Of a DNA stretch of 64,000 nucleotides, positions 44,751-54,691 are shown piece by piece. The notes beneath the pieces were generated by a model, which did not search any database, was not told the DNA's origin, and saw only the letters and a program-made list of their open reading frames with translations. The stretch spans positions 1 through 64,000 of IMG/VR virus record IMGVR_UViG_3300013121_000032; one strand, written 5' to 3'. This DNA comes from a virus (Duplodnaviria; Caudoviricetes). The position numbers and the translations under genes are program-made. Each line of letters opens with the position of its first letter. Within the stretch, counting starts at the first letter, position 1.

Positions 44751-47315
44751 TTATCCAGTCCTCAATATTTTTAATGTAATTGAGGCTCTAGTAATTGTAG
44801 AAGCACTCTCTAAAACAAACTTCAAGCAATCACCATCATTTATAGTAGTTGTCCAACCACTTAATGTAGTATCTTGAGATTTTTGAGCAGAGGTAAGTGT
44901 TGGCTTTGCAGAAGCAACAATAGAAGTCATAGTTGGAAAGCTAGAATATGTAGATTTATAGATATTAAATACACAGCTACCAGTCTGATCTGCAAGAATA
45001 GTAACCGATTGAATTGTACCGTTAACAGTTGAATAGTACTCACCAACCTCTCCTGAGATTAGACTTGATGATGCTCCATCTATAACTAAAGTTGTGAAGA
45101 TATATGGTGTAATAGTTTGGTATACACTACTATTAGTTCCAACTAAGGTTTGTCCAAGTGTAGGAACAGTAGAGATTCCTGTTCCACCACTTTGAGGAGA
45201 TTCAATTCTAGGTTTAAGGTATCTCCAAGTTTTAACTCCGTCAGAAATAATCCCCCAAACTTGTAAAGTAGGAACAGTAGTTGAGGTTAAACTTCCTTCA
45301 ATAGTATCTGTACCATTAGTAGAGACTGTACAAGTATTAGAACCTGTAACTGTAATATTTTTAAACCAGAAAATTTTACCAGGCATTGATGATGCAGCAC
45401 TTAAAAGCATAGTTAGATTGCTAGATGATGCATCCATTCCAATATATGAATTAGTTGAATTAGAAAGAGTTAAATTAGAAGTAGCTGAAGCAAATCCAAC
45501 TAAACCATTTGTCCATGCAGGAACATCTGTTGCTACTGCCAAAAATTGGGAATTAGCACCAATTGGAAGATTAGCAGCAGTATTAGCTGCACTATAATAA
45601 GGAAGATCTCCTTTATTTCCAGTAGCACTATAACTAATACTAGGAGTAGTTGTAGGATTGGAGACAGAAGTATTAAACCAGGGGCTTAGATTTCCAGAAG
45701 AGACAGATATAACAGAACCGCTACCTCCACCTCCAGAAGAAACACTAGTAGGAACAATAGTTAAGGTTGTTCCATCATTTGATAGATAGCCTCCAGATAC
45801 TGTTAAATTAAGGAAATTTAATGTACCAGAAGGTGTAGATCCTAGTATTTGGTGGGCAGCAGTTGATGCTATATCAGCCACATTAGCTGTAGCATTTCCA
45901 GCAGTACCTACAACAGAATGAGCAGCACTTTGACGGAATTTACTATTGGATACTTTATTAGATCCGATTGTAGTATTTCCAGTATTGTCAATAGTAACAT
46001 CGCCTGACATAGCTACATCAGCAGCTACGTTAGAAGCATTTCCTACATATACGTGAGAATTAGTTAATGCTTTATTTGCAACAGCATTATCTGCATATGC
46101 TGTAGTAGCAATTTTAGTAGAGTTGTCTCCAGCAGCTTGAGTGGTAGTTGTGGGATTACCAGGAATAGCTGTGTTATTAGCTAAATCTATTGTGGGACTT
46201 CCTGCTATACCGTCTCCATTTGTAACTGTAATGTGTGAAGCTGTACCAGTTATGGTCCTACCTATAAAAGACGAACCATTTTGAGAGATCATTCCAGAAT
46301 TACTGGATGAAGCAATATTATTTAAGGTATTGCTGTATGCAGTAGTATAGACTTTTGAAGTAATCCCTACTGTGGGATCTCCAGATACTCCATTACCATT
46401 AGTCACAGAGATATAGTTAGTATCTCCAGATTGGAGAGTTCTACCTGTAAAAGTATCTGGTGCTGTTTGTGTTACTAAACCATTAGTATTAAATGCAGCT
46501 AATGCTGTTAGTGTAGGATCAAGAGGTTGTAGTTCAGATGCAGAAATAGTTAAACTGCTAAGTGGTCCACCATCTTGAATTCTTAATCCACCAGATACTG
46601 CAATTTTTCTAGCAGCACTTAGATCAGAGGGAAGATCAATAGTCAAAAAAGCATCTGAGTTTACTGGTGTTGAGAGATTAGTCCTAGCTCCTGAAGCTGT
46701 AGTAGATCCAGTTCCTCCATGAAGTACTGGCAAAGCTCCGGTTATTTGTCCAGCATCAATACTTTTATTTGTTAATATTTGACTTCCATCAAGAGATACT
46801 ACACTAGATGGTAGATCAGTTAAGGCTAAAAGTCTAAAAGTAGGTACAGCAGAACTTCCAGAAGCTGGACCAGCATAAATTAATCCAGAACTTTGAGAAA
46901 CTAATGTATAAGTAATGGATGGTGTAGTAGTTGGATTAGCTACATTTGTAGTAAATAATGGACTTAAATTTCCAGCAGAAACATTAGTTACTGTACCACT
47001 ACTACTTCCACCACCTGTTGCTGTAAGTAAAAGAGAATTAGTGCTATATGTAACAGCAAGACCAGTTCCTACTACTAACTTAAAACTATTAGGAAGTTGA
47101 TATGATTCATCATCTCTAGTGATATAGGTTGGTGTAGTTAATGGGGCTGGAGTAGCTGAAATAGTTACATTTCCAGAAGAAACCATAATGGTAACTCCTG
47201 GACCTGGAATCAATAATTTACCATTAATTAGATCAGCATCAGCCGCAGTAAGAACATACTGAGCGTCATCTGGAGCATAAATAGGTTCTGGCGGATAGTT
47301 TAAGTTCGCTGTCAT
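44751..47315 (-). CDS. Long S/T/G-rich fibre protein
   Basis: GTVTNV, LPVLHGGTG, DNSTKIATTAY, VAMSGDVTI, GDLPYY and GGTG fibre motifs; duplicated SGNLSPxFxTxVxNPTTTPSI. Confidence 0.75.
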   Translation of the reverse strand: MTANLNYPPEPIYAPDDAQYVLTAADADLINGKLLIPGPGVTIMVSSGNVTISATPAPLTTPTYITRDDESYQLPNSFKLVVGTGLAVTYSTNSLLLTATGGGSSSGTVTNVSAGNLSPLFTTNVANPTTTPSITYTLVSQSSGLIYAGPASGSSAVPTFRLLALTDLPSSVVSLDGSQILTNKSIDAGQITGALPVLHGGTGSTTASGARTNLSTPVNSDAFLTIDLPSDLSAARKIAVSGGLRIQDGGPLSSLTISASELQPLDPTLTALAAFNTNGLVTQTAPDTFTGRTLQSGDTNYISVTNGNGVSGDPTVGITSKVYTTAYSNTLNNIASSSNSGMISQNGSSFIGRTITGTASHITVTNGDGIAGSPTIDLANNTAIPGNPTTTTQAAGDNSTKIATTAYADNAVANKALTNSHVYVGNASNVAADVAMSGDVTIDNTGNTTIGSNKVSNSKFRQSAAHSVVGTAGNATANVADIASTAAHQILGSTPSGTLNFLNLTVSGGYLSNDGTTLTIVPTSVSSGGGGSGSVISVSSGNLSPWFNTSVSNPTTTPSISYSATGNKGDLPYYSAANTAANLPIGANSQFLAVATDVPAWTNGLVGFASATSNLTLSNSTNSYIGMDASSSNLTMLLSAASSMPGKIFWFKNITVTGSNTCTVSTNGTDTIEGSLTSTTVPTLQVWGIISDGVKTWRYLKPRIESPQSGGTGISTVPTLGQTLVGTNSSVYQTITPYIFTTLVIDGASSSLISGEVGEYYSTVNGTIQSVTILADQTGSCVFNIYKSTYSSFPTMTSIVASAKPTLTSAQKSQDTTLSGWTTTINDGDCLKFVLESASTITRASITLKILRTG

Positions 47316-47338
47316 TTAAATCCTCCAAGGATGAGGAT

Positions 47339-47761
47339 CTAAAGATCCGCTTCTATCTTTATAGTGCAAGCATTTGTATTATCTTGATTAAAGAAAGATA
47401 GCCTTGTCCAACGGGGAACTTTATCCAAAGAATAATTAATATCAGTTCTAACTGTTTGGGGTGAAACTGCACCAGTAGTAACAGGATTGAGGGTCATAGG
47501 AGTTCCTACTGAAACATATAGTGGAACAGAAGAGCCATCTAATACCATAGGAATAGTTCCAGTAGCTGTGGGATCGGCACCGCCAAAACCATCATAAATA
47601 TTTAGTGTAACTCCAGATGATGCAGACGAAGTTAATGCATAAGTAACTTCTATAAGAACTTGGAAATTAGCTAACTCATATAAATCAATATCCAAAACTC
47701 TTGTTTGTTTCGGATTAATAGTAAATCCTGGTTGAAGAACTTGATAGTTATTTCTGGACAT
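47339..47761 (-). CDS. Putative virion structural protein
   Basis: Beta-rich; downstream of portal. Confidence 0.55.
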   Translation of the reverse strand: MSRNNYQVLQPGFTINPKQTRVLDIDLYELANFQVLIEVTYALTSSASSGVTLNIYDGFGGADPTATGTIPMVLDGSSVPLYVSVGTPMTLNPVTTGAVSPQTVRTDINYSLDKVPRWTRLSFFNQDNTNACTIKIEADL

Positions 47762-47823
47762 CTTCTTTCTTTACCTTTTTCTTCTTAAGGATTACTATTT
47801 GTTTTTTCTTTTTGAGTTCTTCA

Positions 47824-49467
47824 TTAGAGAGCTTTTTTATTTCTCTTATGAAAGTATTCTCCGTCATCTTTTCCACCTACTTTAAGCATTAACGCTTCTA
47901 TCTCTTCCAAAATTTTATCTGATTCAATTTCATTTAAATCTGGATCAGATTGTTCTGGAGCAAGAAGATCTGGAAGTTGAGTTTGACCTTCTCCAGTAGC
48001 CTTAAGAGGAGAATTATCCAAAACAATATTTCCTCTTGGATCATTAGGAGGAAGAGGTTCCCAACCTAGAATTTTTTCTCTAGCCTCATTTACAGTAATA
48101 ATTTTCCCAGTAGTAGCTAGGAAATTAATAGTTTGAGCGGCAGCAAGAGTTAAAGCGCCATATCTACCTGATGGAACAATTTTAATATCTTGAATTCCAA
48201 GTAGATTAACTAGAATTTGTTGGTTAAGAAAGCCATCTATCTTAGAGGTAAGTCGGTTAATAGTTGCATCAAATTGAGCATTAACTACGTTCTCTACAAG
48301 AGAAGGTTGATATTGGGCTGTGGTTGATCTTGGAATTCCTATCTTTTCAGATGGAACACCTAAAAGGGTAGAAACCATTTTAGCTGTATGGTCTTTTCCT
48401 TCAAGGTAATTAGCATCTAATTCTCCAGGTTTCATCATTTGATGAACATCTTTAATATTGTTCATAGCTAATACACCATGACCAGCTTTAGCACCAGCAT
48501 GGAGAAAATCAAATTGAGCTTGAACCTCTTTAACCCAATCAGAGGATCTAGCAGTAGGAATACCATCTGCATCTTTAGGGTTTTCTAAAGAAATTAACCA
48601 ACCAATAAGCCCGCCTTTTTGAAAGATGGTATTATTAAGATTCATGGCATGGAGAATAGTTTCAATTTCAGTAATTGCTGAAACTAGTGGGGGGCTGCCA
48701 ATTTTATTACTTGAGAGGGATGGTAATTTAAGATGAAGAATATCTTTAACATCATAAGTAATCTTCATCCGTCCAACAGTATATTCCCAAGCAATGATTT
48801 CTTCTGTGCTTCTATCAAAAATAGGGAGAAGCTTATTTGGAAGAAGTAGCTCTAATTTAATGATTCCTCTTGTTCTAGTTCTATGAGGAAGAATAAAAGC
48901 ATTACCATAATTCTGAAGATGGGCTATTAATTCTACTCTTAACTCATCTACCTTAAGATTTTTTAATATTTTATATACTTCAGCAAGTCTAGTCTCAGAT
49001 GTTCCTTTAATAGATTTAAGATAGAAGCCATCAGACTCTACTGCTTCTCTAATTAAATCTATTGCTCTACGAATAGCCCAATACTGCTCAGAAATATAAG
49101 CAAAAACTCCAAAAGGATTAGCAAAATAATTCCAAAGCTTAGTTCCAGAAGGACGATATCCAAACATATCAGCAGAGCCTCTAAGGATATAGCTCTTAGA
49201 GGACTCATCAGCCTGTACTACAGGAAGTTGAACATCTTTTTTGGTATTAATTGTTTCCAGAAATTGTTCAAACTCTAAACCCCTTCTGTAAAATTGGGCA
49301 GGATCTTTAACTACTTCAGTTGAGGATAGCTCAGAGAAAAAATCTTTTATAGCTCCCTGATATTCCGGTTTATAGGATTTAATGAAGTATTCTAGATAAG
49401 AACGTTGACCAGTTTTATAAAGTAAGCTATTATAAGTTTTTGAAATTGAGTGAAAAATGTTATCCAT
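47824..49467 (-). CDS. Portal protein (HK97 family)
   Basis: YGNAFI, LELLLP, ILHLK, GSPPL, LLGVPSEKIG, ITVNEAR..LGWEPL. Confidence 0.92.
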   Translation of the reverse strand: MDNIFHSISKTYNSLLYKTGQRSYLEYFIKSYKPEYQGAIKDFFSELSSTEVVKDPAQFYRRGLEFEQFLETINTKKDVQLPVVQADESSKSYILRGSADMFGYRPSGTKLWNYFANPFGVFAYISEQYWAIRRAIDLIREAVESDGFYLKSIKGTSETRLAEVYKILKNLKVDELRVELIAHLQNYGNAFILPHRTRTRGIIKLELLLPNKLLPIFDRSTEEIIAWEYTVGRMKITYDVKDILHLKLPSLSSNKIGSPPLVSAITEIETILHAMNLNNTIFQKGGLIGWLISLENPKDADGIPTARSSDWVKEVQAQFDFLHAGAKAGHGVLAMNNIKDVHQMMKPGELDANYLEGKDHTAKMVSTLLGVPSEKIGIPRSTTAQYQPSLVENVVNAQFDATINRLTSKIDGFLNQQILVNLLGIQDIKIVPSGRYGALTLAAAQTINFLATTGKIITVNEAREKILGWEPLPPNDPRGNIVLDNSPLKATGEGQTQLPDLLAPEQSDPDLNEIESDKILEEIEALMLKVGGKDDGEYFHKRNKKAL

Positions 49468-49502
49468 TGTTAGCCCTAAAATCTCCTTTTAATTTTATCC
49501 AT

Positions 49503-50696
49503 ATGAAGAAACTAGAAGTTGGAATTCCTAATTTGCCTGGTATTGCTAAGTTTAAAGAGCAAATTGATGGAATTTTTAATCGGAGACAATTAACTAACAA
49601 TGGCCCTCTTGTTCAAGAGTTAGAAAAGGTTTGGGAAGATAAGTTTAAAGTTAAACATGCCATTGCTGTTAGTAATGCAACAATGGGATTATATTTGGCA
49701 ATGGAGGCTTTGCTACCTAAAGGTGCAAAAGTTATAGTTCCATCATTTACTTTTATTGCTTCAGCACATGCAATAACTCAAGCATCCTTAAATCCAAAAT
49801 TTATAGACTGTGGTGGACCTTCTATGATGTATCATCCATCTACATTAATACTGGATGATATGTTAAATAAAGAACCTGGCATTAAAGGAGTTTTAATTCC
49901 CAATCTTTTTGGTACAGCTTCTAATTGTGAATTTATAGGTTCTATTGCTAAACGTAGAAATGTTAAATTAATATATGATTCTGCACATGGAGTTGGAACA
50001 TCATTTAGGTCAACTTCTAATAAACCAATTCCATTAGGAGGGTTTGGTGATTGTGAGGTTTTTAGTCTTCATGCTACTAAACTTATAAATGGATTTGAGG
50101 GTGGTATTATTACAACTAATAATTCTGATTTAGCTGTTACTTTAAGAGAAATGAGAAACTTTGGTTTCCAAGAAAATGCTGGAGTTCAGGGATCTTCTGT
50201 AGGATATGGTACTAATGCTAAACTAAGTGAAATCCATGCCTTAATGGCATTATGCAATCTAGAGTATTTAGATGAGATTATTAATCATAATAAAATGATT
50301 TTTGATTTATATGTAAAACATCTGCCTATGCAAATTAATGTAATGGCTCCCATAGCTTATACATATAAATGTAATTATTCGTATGTTCCTTGTGAAGTTG
50401 GTGGATCAGAAAGCTCTATTAGAAATAGATCATTAAGAGATTTCATTCTTAAATATATTTATGAGAAGGCTAATATAAGAGCTAGGATTTATTTTAAACC
50501 TTGCCATTTAAATCCTATTTATAAGGTTTTAGAAAATAAAGTTCCAAATGCTGAGAGATTAGCAGCTACCTCTTTCTGCCTTCCTACAGGTTTAAATATT
50601 GATAAAGATGATGTTATCTATATTTGTGCAAAAATTAGAGAGAGTATAGAACAATTCAATACTCTCTCTAAATCGCAAGGGGCAGCTTGTAATTAG
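49503..50696 (+). CDS. DegT/DnrJ/EryC1/StrS PLP aminotransferase, VioA/DesI-like (NDP-4-amino-4,6-dideoxyglucose)
   Basis: VGIPNLP...LTNNGPLVQELE, VSNAT, PSFTFIAS, YDSAH, FSLHATKLINGFEGG, RNFGF, GTNAKLSEIHA, CLPTG. Confidence 0.92.
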   Translation: MKKLEVGIPNLPGIAKFKEQIDGIFNRRQLTNNGPLVQELEKVWEDKFKVKHAIAVSNATMGLYLAMEALLPKGAKVIVPSFTFIASAHAITQASLNPKFIDCGGPSMMYHPSTLILDDMLNKEPGIKGVLIPNLFGTASNCEFIGSIAKRRNVKLIYDSAHGVGTSFRSTSNKPIPLGGFGDCEVFSLHATKLINGFEGGIITTNNSDLAVTLREMRNFGFQENAGVQGSSVGYGTNAKLSEIHALMALCNLEYLDEIINHNKMIFDLYVKHLPMQINVMAPIAYTYKCNYSYVPCEVGGSESSIRNRSLRDFILKYIYEKANIRARIYFKPCHLNPIYKVLENKVPNAERLAATSFCLPTGLNIDKDDVIYICAKIRESIEQFNTLSKSQGAACN

Positions 50697-51202
50697 ACGT
50701 TAATTGTCGTTACGTTAGCAACTACACCACTTCCGGTAGCAGCAACTGCACCAGATGTACCAGCAATCGTGGAACCAAAAGCATTAACTGCGGAACCAAA
50801 ATCGGGCCATCCTTGCAGAGAGTTTACTGCACCAAGACAGTATACACCAAATGCTGAGAATTGAGCACCTGAGGCACCTGCTGTTAATTTAAGACCGGCT
50901 TGGAGTTTGCTTGAAGTAGTATTAACAAAATATCCACCAAGGGCAGTATTGTTAATAGTAATTGTTGCATCAGGAGAACCAAAGTTGGGAGTACCAGCAT
51001 GGACTGAGGCATCAATAGTTACAGCACCACTAACAAGCTTACAAAGAACCAAGAAAGCTTCCGGTGAGGGGGTTGTAATATTAGTAGATGTTTGAGTAGC
51101 ATTATTACCCATAGGCGACTGCACTGCCAGGGTAAAACCCAAATCAGTACTATTATCAAGCTTATGGCAAACTACGTTAGCTCGTTGCGTGGGAATAGCC
51201 AT
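50693..51202 (-). CDS. Ala/Gly/Thr-rich virion protein (possible head decoration)
   Basis: Between TerL and portal; AAGGAG SD; capsid-like codon usage. Confidence 0.6.
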   Translation of the reverse strand: MAIPTQRANVVCHKLDNSTDLGFTLAVQSPMGNNATQTSTNITTPSPEAFLVLCKLVSGAVTIDASVHAGTPNFGSPDATITINNTALGGYFVNTTSSKLQAGLKLTAGASGAQFSAFGVYCLGAVNSLQGWPDFGSAVNAFGSTIAGTSGAVAATGSGVVANVTTINV

Positions 51203-51251
51203 TTATTGTAATCTCCTTAAAAGATTATTAAACTTTACAATAGAACTATAC

Positions 51252-54197
51252 CTAATCACCTAGAGATCCTTGATTTTGTTGGGTTTTCAGCTTTTCATAT
51301 AAGAGGCGATCATGGGCCTCCCGTTCTTTTTTTTCTTTTTCTAATCTCTCCTCAAGAATAGACCTATCAAAGAAGGCTCCTATAGATTGTAGTAAAGGTT
51401 TAGGAACCAGACTTTGTTCATGTTCTTTAATCAACTCTTCTGTTTTAGTTTGAGGAGCCTCTTTTAATGTATGAGTAATTTCTGATTCAATTTCTCTAAT
51501 AGATTCTTTTTCTGTTTCTATAACTTGGACTGGAGGGCTTAATTTAATAATAGGAAAAAGTTTAGATATAGCATATCCAAATGCACAAGAAGGATGAGTC
51601 ATAATAGGAGTAATTGATCCTTTCTTAAAGCTCTCCTTAGCTACCTCATCAATCTTTTTATCTTCTTCTTTTCCAAACTTATCCCAATTAACAGAGGCAA
51701 GAGAATTAATTAAGGCAGCACATTTAGGATGAATTTGAGTTCTAATTTCACCTTTAGCATTTTTTAGGATAGCATTAACATTATTAATCCTATCCCTAAT
51801 GGAGATCTTAGTAGCTCCTTCAATTTTTGTAGTTCCAATTTCTACATTAAAACCATGATCTTTTAAATAGTCATAAAGAATTTTAAAAGATGTTCGTTTA
51901 GTTTCTCTTTTAGCAGCACCATATAAACCAGCAGGATCACCATAAATATAGACTGTTCCTTTAAATCCTAAATACCTACTTACAAACTCTTTAGCTACTT
52001 GTTCTTCATTGGAATTCCAAAGAACAATTTCATCAAATACCTCTACTCCACTATCAGTAATATGGAAAAGAGAAGAACACATAGGATCTTGATTAAAATC
52101 GTGTGTCCAATAAATATCCTTAAAAGGATTAAAAGAAACATCAGTAGAAACATTATCATTTGAAAAAGATTTATAGATTTTCCCCTCTCTTAGTTGTACA
52201 ATTTGACCAAGAACAAAAACCTTATAGTCCTGTTCAGAATAAATATCTTTCATGTTCTGAACAAAGTCTGAGGGAAGGTGCGGATTATCAAATGATGCAG
52301 ACTGGATAACTCGATAATATGATTGATTTCCAGGACACTTATTTTCTTTATGCTGTGGCTTACCGAATACAGAAATAGAATGGCAATAAGGATTAGGACA
52401 AACCCCTCCTTCCCAAGACCATTCAGTTTTTTCACCACCTATCCATTCAAACTGCCCTAGATTTCTATCTAAGCAACTAAAGCAATATTGGCATTTACAA
52501 AGATCTCCTATTTGAATTGGTGGACCTTCATAACCAGGAGCAAATTGTTCTAATGCAAATTTGTAATAAACCCAATCTCTTTCTCCTGTAGGGTTCATGG
52601 TAAGAATAAATTGTCTTAAATCAAGATTCCTACCTCTGCTTCTCCTAAGCATTTCATCAAAGCTTCCACCTTTCATCAGGTTTAATTCTTCAATCATTAC
52701 AAGATCGGCAGTAAAACCTCTAGCTACTTCATACTTATCAAGATTAAGAAATTTTAATTCACTTCCATTTTGAAGCCTAAGAAGAGCATCCTGTTTTAAA
52801 TAGGATTTTACAAAAGGGTGATTCCATTCATTTCCATCATTTAAAGAGAACCGTTGAGCAAACTCATCAATAACATTACGTTTAAGGAGAGGAAAGTTTT
52901 TACCACCTACGACAGCTCTAACATTGGAAAAGCCTGCTATCACTTCAGTTACAGCAGCAATAGCGCACGCACTATTATGAACTACAGTAAAATCACCTAA
53001 AAGAAATAGTTTATCTTTATCAAGAACTACTCCATAATAATCATCCTCCTCTAACCTTTCTAATTTAAATCCAGTAGTTAAAACATCTTTTTTCTGTTGT
53101 CTGGACTTAGCTTGTTTTCTTAAAAGCCTAGTAGGGATAATAGAAAGATCTCCAGAGATACAGACTCTCCAGTATTCTCCAGTAAATTTGCCTTTAGAGG
53201 TTAAGCAAGATTTTTTACATTTAGTTACATAGGCTGCTAAACCCAAACTTCTAGCAATAAAAGCTATATCTTCAGAAATACTTTGATTTTTTTGAGTAAA
53301 ATCTATAACTCCTCTACTAAGATTACCATCCGTATCAATAAGACCAGCAAGAAGTTTAAGTCTAGTTTCAATAGATCCTGTTTTATATACTTTAGGAATG
53401 TGCTTATTATTTAATAAATTTAATACTTTTAAAGTGGGAATCATTTCTAAAACATTAATTCTATGGATTGGAGTTTTAGATTTATTATCAACATAAGCAG
53501 AAACTGTTTTTTTAGCTTTATCTCCAAAATCAAAAAGTGCTTGTTTAATTTCTCCATCAATTGTAGTAAATTGGAAAGAATCTGAGTCTCCATCCCCTAA
53601 CCACAATCCTAAAATATAGGGATCAATTGGAAGGGGTTTAGATTGATTTGGAAAATTAATTAATCCAGATCTATAAAGTTTATAGGCAGTTTGTTTTCTT
53701 TTGCTCCAGGTTAAATACTCCTTAACAGAAACATTAACTATTTTCTGTCCTCCATATCTAGGAGGTTTAATATAAAGGCTTCCAGACTTATTAACTCTAG
53801 TCTCTGTTCCTTGATTAGTAAGTTTAAGAGAAAGAATATGAGATTCATTGCAATAGAAGGAATCGCCTTTAATTGGAGTAACTTTATAAAAAGTTTCCCT
53901 TCCCCTACCCAATTCCAATACTTTCCTTGGAGTAGAATCAGGCCCCATAAGAAGATCTCCTACTTTAATATCTTCTATTTTTAAAATAGATCCATCAAAA
54001 CCTAGTACTGGCGTTCCTTTTAGAAAACTCTTGCCTGATCCTGCGCCTCCGATCATTAAACAAATGTCTAAAGGATGATTATGTGGACGCTCTTCTGGAC
54101 GCATATGATGGAGGAAAAGCTGCTCTTGCATCTTTGTAGCACCATATGGATATCCAGGCTTTGGTTGAGGAAATGGGTATAACGGAGGTAACTTCAT
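51252..54197 (-). CDS. terL: Terminase large subunit (intein-containing)
   Basis: Walker A GGAGSGK|S, VMIEE, TMNP, DNPHL, nuclease DFN, YGDPAG, DRIN. Confidence 0.95.
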   Translation of the reverse strand: MKLPPLYPFPQPKPGYPYGATKMQEQLFLHHMRPEERPHNHPLDICLMIGGAGSGKSFLKGTPVLGFDGSILKIEDIKVGDLLMGPDSTPRKVLELGRGRETFYKVTPIKGDSFYCNESHILSLKLTNQGTETRVNKSGSLYIKPPRYGGQKIVNVSVKEYLTWSKRKQTAYKLYRSGLINFPNQSKPLPIDPYILGLWLGDGDSDSFQFTTIDGEIKQALFDFGDKAKKTVSAYVDNKSKTPIHRINVLEMIPTLKVLNLLNNKHIPKVYKTGSIETRLKLLAGLIDTDGNLSRGVIDFTQKNQSISEDIAFIARSLGLAAYVTKCKKSCLTSKGKFTGEYWRVCISGDLSIIPTRLLRKQAKSRQQKKDVLTTGFKLERLEEDDYYGVVLDKDKLFLLGDFTVVHNSACAIAAVTEVIAGFSNVRAVVGGKNFPLLKRNVIDEFAQRFSLNDGNEWNHPFVKSYLKQDALLRLQNGSELKFLNLDKYEVARGFTADLVMIEELNLMKGGSFDEMLRRSRGRNLDLRQFILTMNPTGERDWVYYKFALEQFAPGYEGPPIQIGDLCKCQYCFSCLDRNLGQFEWIGGEKTEWSWEGGVCPNPYCHSISVFGKPQHKENKCPGNQSYYRVIQSASFDNPHLPSDFVQNMKDIYSEQDYKVFVLGQIVQLREGKIYKSFSNDNVSTDVSFNPFKDIYWTHDFNQDPMCSSLFHITDSGVEVFDEIVLWNSNEEQVAKEFVSRYLGFKGTVYIYGDPAGLYGAAKRETKRTSFKILYDYLKDHGFNVEIGTTKIEGATKISIRDRINNVNAILKNAKGEIRTQIHPKCAALINSLASVNWDKFGKEEDKKIDEVAKESFKKGSITPIMTHPSCAFGYAISKLFPIIKLSPPVQVIETEKESIREIESEITHTLKEAPQTKTEELIKEHEQSLVPKPLLQSIGAFFDRSILEERLEKEKKEREAHDRLLYEKLKTQQNQGSLGD
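52974..54029 (-). mobile_element. Intein with LAGLIDADG homing endonuclease (352 aa)
   Basis: Starts SFLKGTPV, block B CNESHILSL, LGLWLGDG and LAGLIDTDG, ends VVHN followed by Ser; splicing restores GSGKS. Confidence 0.93.
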
Positions 54198-54691
54198 TGT
54201 TTATGGACAATAGAAACTTCATATTTAGGAGGTCCAGAAATTTCTGGATCATCTTCTGTACTAGAAGCTCTAGTAGAATCAGCTTTTAATTCTCTTACTT
54301 TAACTTGATTGACTATTTTGGCAGCAACCTCAATACATTTTAAAGCTGTATTGAAGTCTACTTTAGTTATAGGAACACCATCTTTTCCTATAGCCACTTC
54401 TCGTGGAATAAGGCATTCATCAAAAAGGGTATCTAAAAGTTTTAATTGATTACGCTCATTAGCAATTCGGATATCATCAAAATTAACTTCATATTTAGCA
54501 ATTAATTCTTTAATTTCTTTTTGATGCTGAACTCCTACTTGGAGTATTAAACCTCCATCTATATTATGTCCTGTAAAGAATTTATTAAAATTAGATTTAA
54601 CCAAATCTAATTGTTTATCCTTAGCTAAACTATTTATAATAAAAGATATTTGAGCTTCAGTTAAAGAGCTATATTTTTGTAATTGAGGCAT
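54194..54691 (-). CDS. terS: Terminase small subunit
   Basis: Directly upstream of TerL with 4-nt overlap; IRIAN...L..L...ALKCIEVAAK helical pattern. Confidence 0.7.
   Translation of the reverse strand: MPQLQKYSSLTEAQISFIINSLAKDKQLDLVKSNFNKFFTGHNIDGGLILQVGVQHQKEIKELIAKYEVNFDDIRIANERNQLKLLDTLFDECLIPREVAIGKDGVPITKVDFNTALKCIEVAAKIVNQVKVRELKADSTRASSTEDDPEISGPPKYEVSIVHKQ

Noticed and set aside
13051-47100. Plus-strand ORFs such as 13051, 13305, 20596, 23529, 24860, 34505-34999, 37230, 38981, 39470, 40241, 42766, 43684, 44065, 46915
   Set aside because: Antisense shadows of well-supported minus-strand genes, without SD or motifs
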